Below are positions 63,189 to 64,000 of a stretch of DNA of 64,000 bases, piece after piece (position 1 is the stretch's first letter; every line of letters starts with the position of its first letter). This stretch comes from Bacteroidia bacterium (lineage in GTDB: Bacteria; Bacteroidota; Bacteroidia; Cytophagales; JAAEPT01). Both the position numbers and the translations under genes were made by a program. Below the pieces are notes generated by a model. It did not search any database, had not been told where the DNA came from, and was given only the letters and a program-made list of their open reading frames with translations. The stretch covers positions 14,637 through 78,636 of the forward strand of contig JAUIJC010000022.1 of NCBI GenBank assembly GCA_030431525.1, written 5' to 3'.

Positions 63189-63568
63189 TTGGCCAAGGCA
63201 ATGCAGGAAATTTCCACACCAACATCCTTAGGCAAACGAGCGACTTCTACGGTTTCGCGCGCTGGAGCGTCATCACCGAAATATTCGCCATAGACTTCAT
63301 TAATCTTGGCGAAGTTGCCCATGTCCTTCACAAAAATGGAGCATTTAACCACATCCGAGAAAGCCAATCCAGCCTCGCCCAAAATGGCGTTGAGGTTTTC
63401 CATGACTTGACGCGTTTCAGCCTCAATGCCATTGCTCACCAACTCACCTGTTGTTGGGTCCAACGGGATTTGCCCTGACACATACAACATTCCTCCAGCA
63501 AGTACCGCCTGATTGTAAGGCCCGATAGGCGCCGGAGCATTCTGGGTGTTAATGATTTTTTTTGACAT
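63185..63568 (-). CDS. ridA: RidA-family (YjgF/L-PSP) reactive intermediate deaminase
   Basis: MSKKIINTQNAPAPIGPYNQAV..G.LYVSGQIPLDP.TGE.. and ..PARETVEVARLPKDV.VEI... Confidence 0.93.
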   Translation of the reverse strand: MSKKIINTQNAPAPIGPYNQAVLAGGMLYVSGQIPLDPTTGELVSNGIEAETRQVMENLNAILGEAGLAFSDVVKCSIFVKDMGNFAKINEVYGEYFGDDAPARETVEVARLPKDVGVEISCIALAK

Positions 63569-63581
63569 AGTTTAAAAAGGG

Positions 63582-63691
63582 GACTTTAGACAATAGGCGT
63601 TAGATTTTAGCCCTCGCAATTCTAGAGCTAATGTCTTAAGGAAGTTAGAGATTAGCCCCATTATACGCCGAGCTAAAGTCTAATGTCTAAC
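63582..63691. repeat. Repeat family F, copy F2 (with internal direct repeats)
   Basis: GACTTTAGAC..GCTAAAGTCTAATGTCTAAC, with internal TTAGATTTTAGCCC / TTAGAGATTAGCCCC repeats. Related to F1. Confidence 0.6.
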
Positions 63692-63706
63692 CTCTAAGAT
63701 CTTTTA

Positions 63707-64000
63707 TTACCATTTCTTACTTAACCACTTCTCAGGGTCCATCCGCGTTTTTCCCTTCCAGACTTGGAACTCCAACTCGGTTTCACCCTCAGCATTGGTC
63801 TCCACCATACCGACAACATCCATTGGCGTCACCACCTGTTTGTCCTTCACCGACACGTTTTTGAGGTTGGCGTATAGGGTGTAATACTCGCCATGCTGAA
63901 TCATGACAATGTAATTCAAACCTGAGATTCGCGCCACGGTCACCACCCTGCCAGAATGCACGGGATAAACCTTGGCGTCCTTCTCAGTCAGCATGCCGAT
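63707..64000 (-). CDS. M23-family peptidoglycan metallopeptidase, C-terminal part (gene runs off the window)
   Basis: ..GRVVTVARISGLNYIVMIQHGEYYTLYANL..V..G..V......G.V.....GE.ELEFQVWKG....DPEKWL is the M23/LytM C-terminal pattern. The frame stays open to position 64000. Confidence 0.8.
   Translation of the reverse strand: MGMLTEKDAKVYPVHSGRVVTVARISGLNYIVMIQHGEYYTLYANLKNVSVKDKQVVTPMDVVGMVETNAEGETELEFQVWKGKTRMDPEKWLSKKW

Overview
This looks like a chromosomal segment of a Bacteroidota genome. That assignment is my inference from T9SS type-B C-terminal sorting domains, a PorP/SprF gene, two PorE-like TPR/beta-propeller/OmpA proteins, the short glycogen-synthase + DUF4270 pair, and a TTTG/TAnnTTTG-type promoter in front of the tRNA. 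I can support about 60 protein-coding genes, one tRNA-Ala(GGC), about 15 hairpin terminators and at least six families of short palindromic interspersed repeats. I saw no rRNA, CRISPR array, transposase, integrase or phage structural genes. Gene content is mostly envelope and housekeeping. Envelope genes include a TonB-dependent receptor, three tandem small outer-membrane barrel paralogs, T9SS cargo with PorP and PorE-like genes, MscS and an AI-2E transporter. Regulation is represented by a 7TMR-DISM histidine kinase with a LytTR regulator. Metabolism and RNA modification include fumC, lipA, kynurenine 3-monooxygenase + kynureninase, a PLP decarboxylase, a YdiJ-like FAD/Fe-S oxidoreductase, mnmD, rluD and ridA. 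All family names come from motif recognition by eye, not from a database search. Many ORF-track starts are TTG/GTG extensions that read through intergenic repeats, so I re-called those starts at downstream ATGs. Most worth a second look: (1) a tightly packed three-gene operon of a double PSCyt1 haem lipoprotein, a beta-barrel and a membrane-anchored dihaem cytochrome c, with no catalytic partner nearby; (2) palindromic repeat families that occur in short and long forms with a recurring architecture of palindrome, insert, then duplicated palindrome, including a three-family repeat nest and a copy sitting between the kinase and its regulator; (3) a perfect (GTAGCAA)x9 heptanucleotide tract 13 nt upstream of a membrane-protein gene; (4) a prokaryotic pentameric ligand-gated ion channel; (5) AT-rich islets carrying orphan or apparently frameshifted genes. 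I cannot show that any of these is a new system. They are hypotheses with stated tests.
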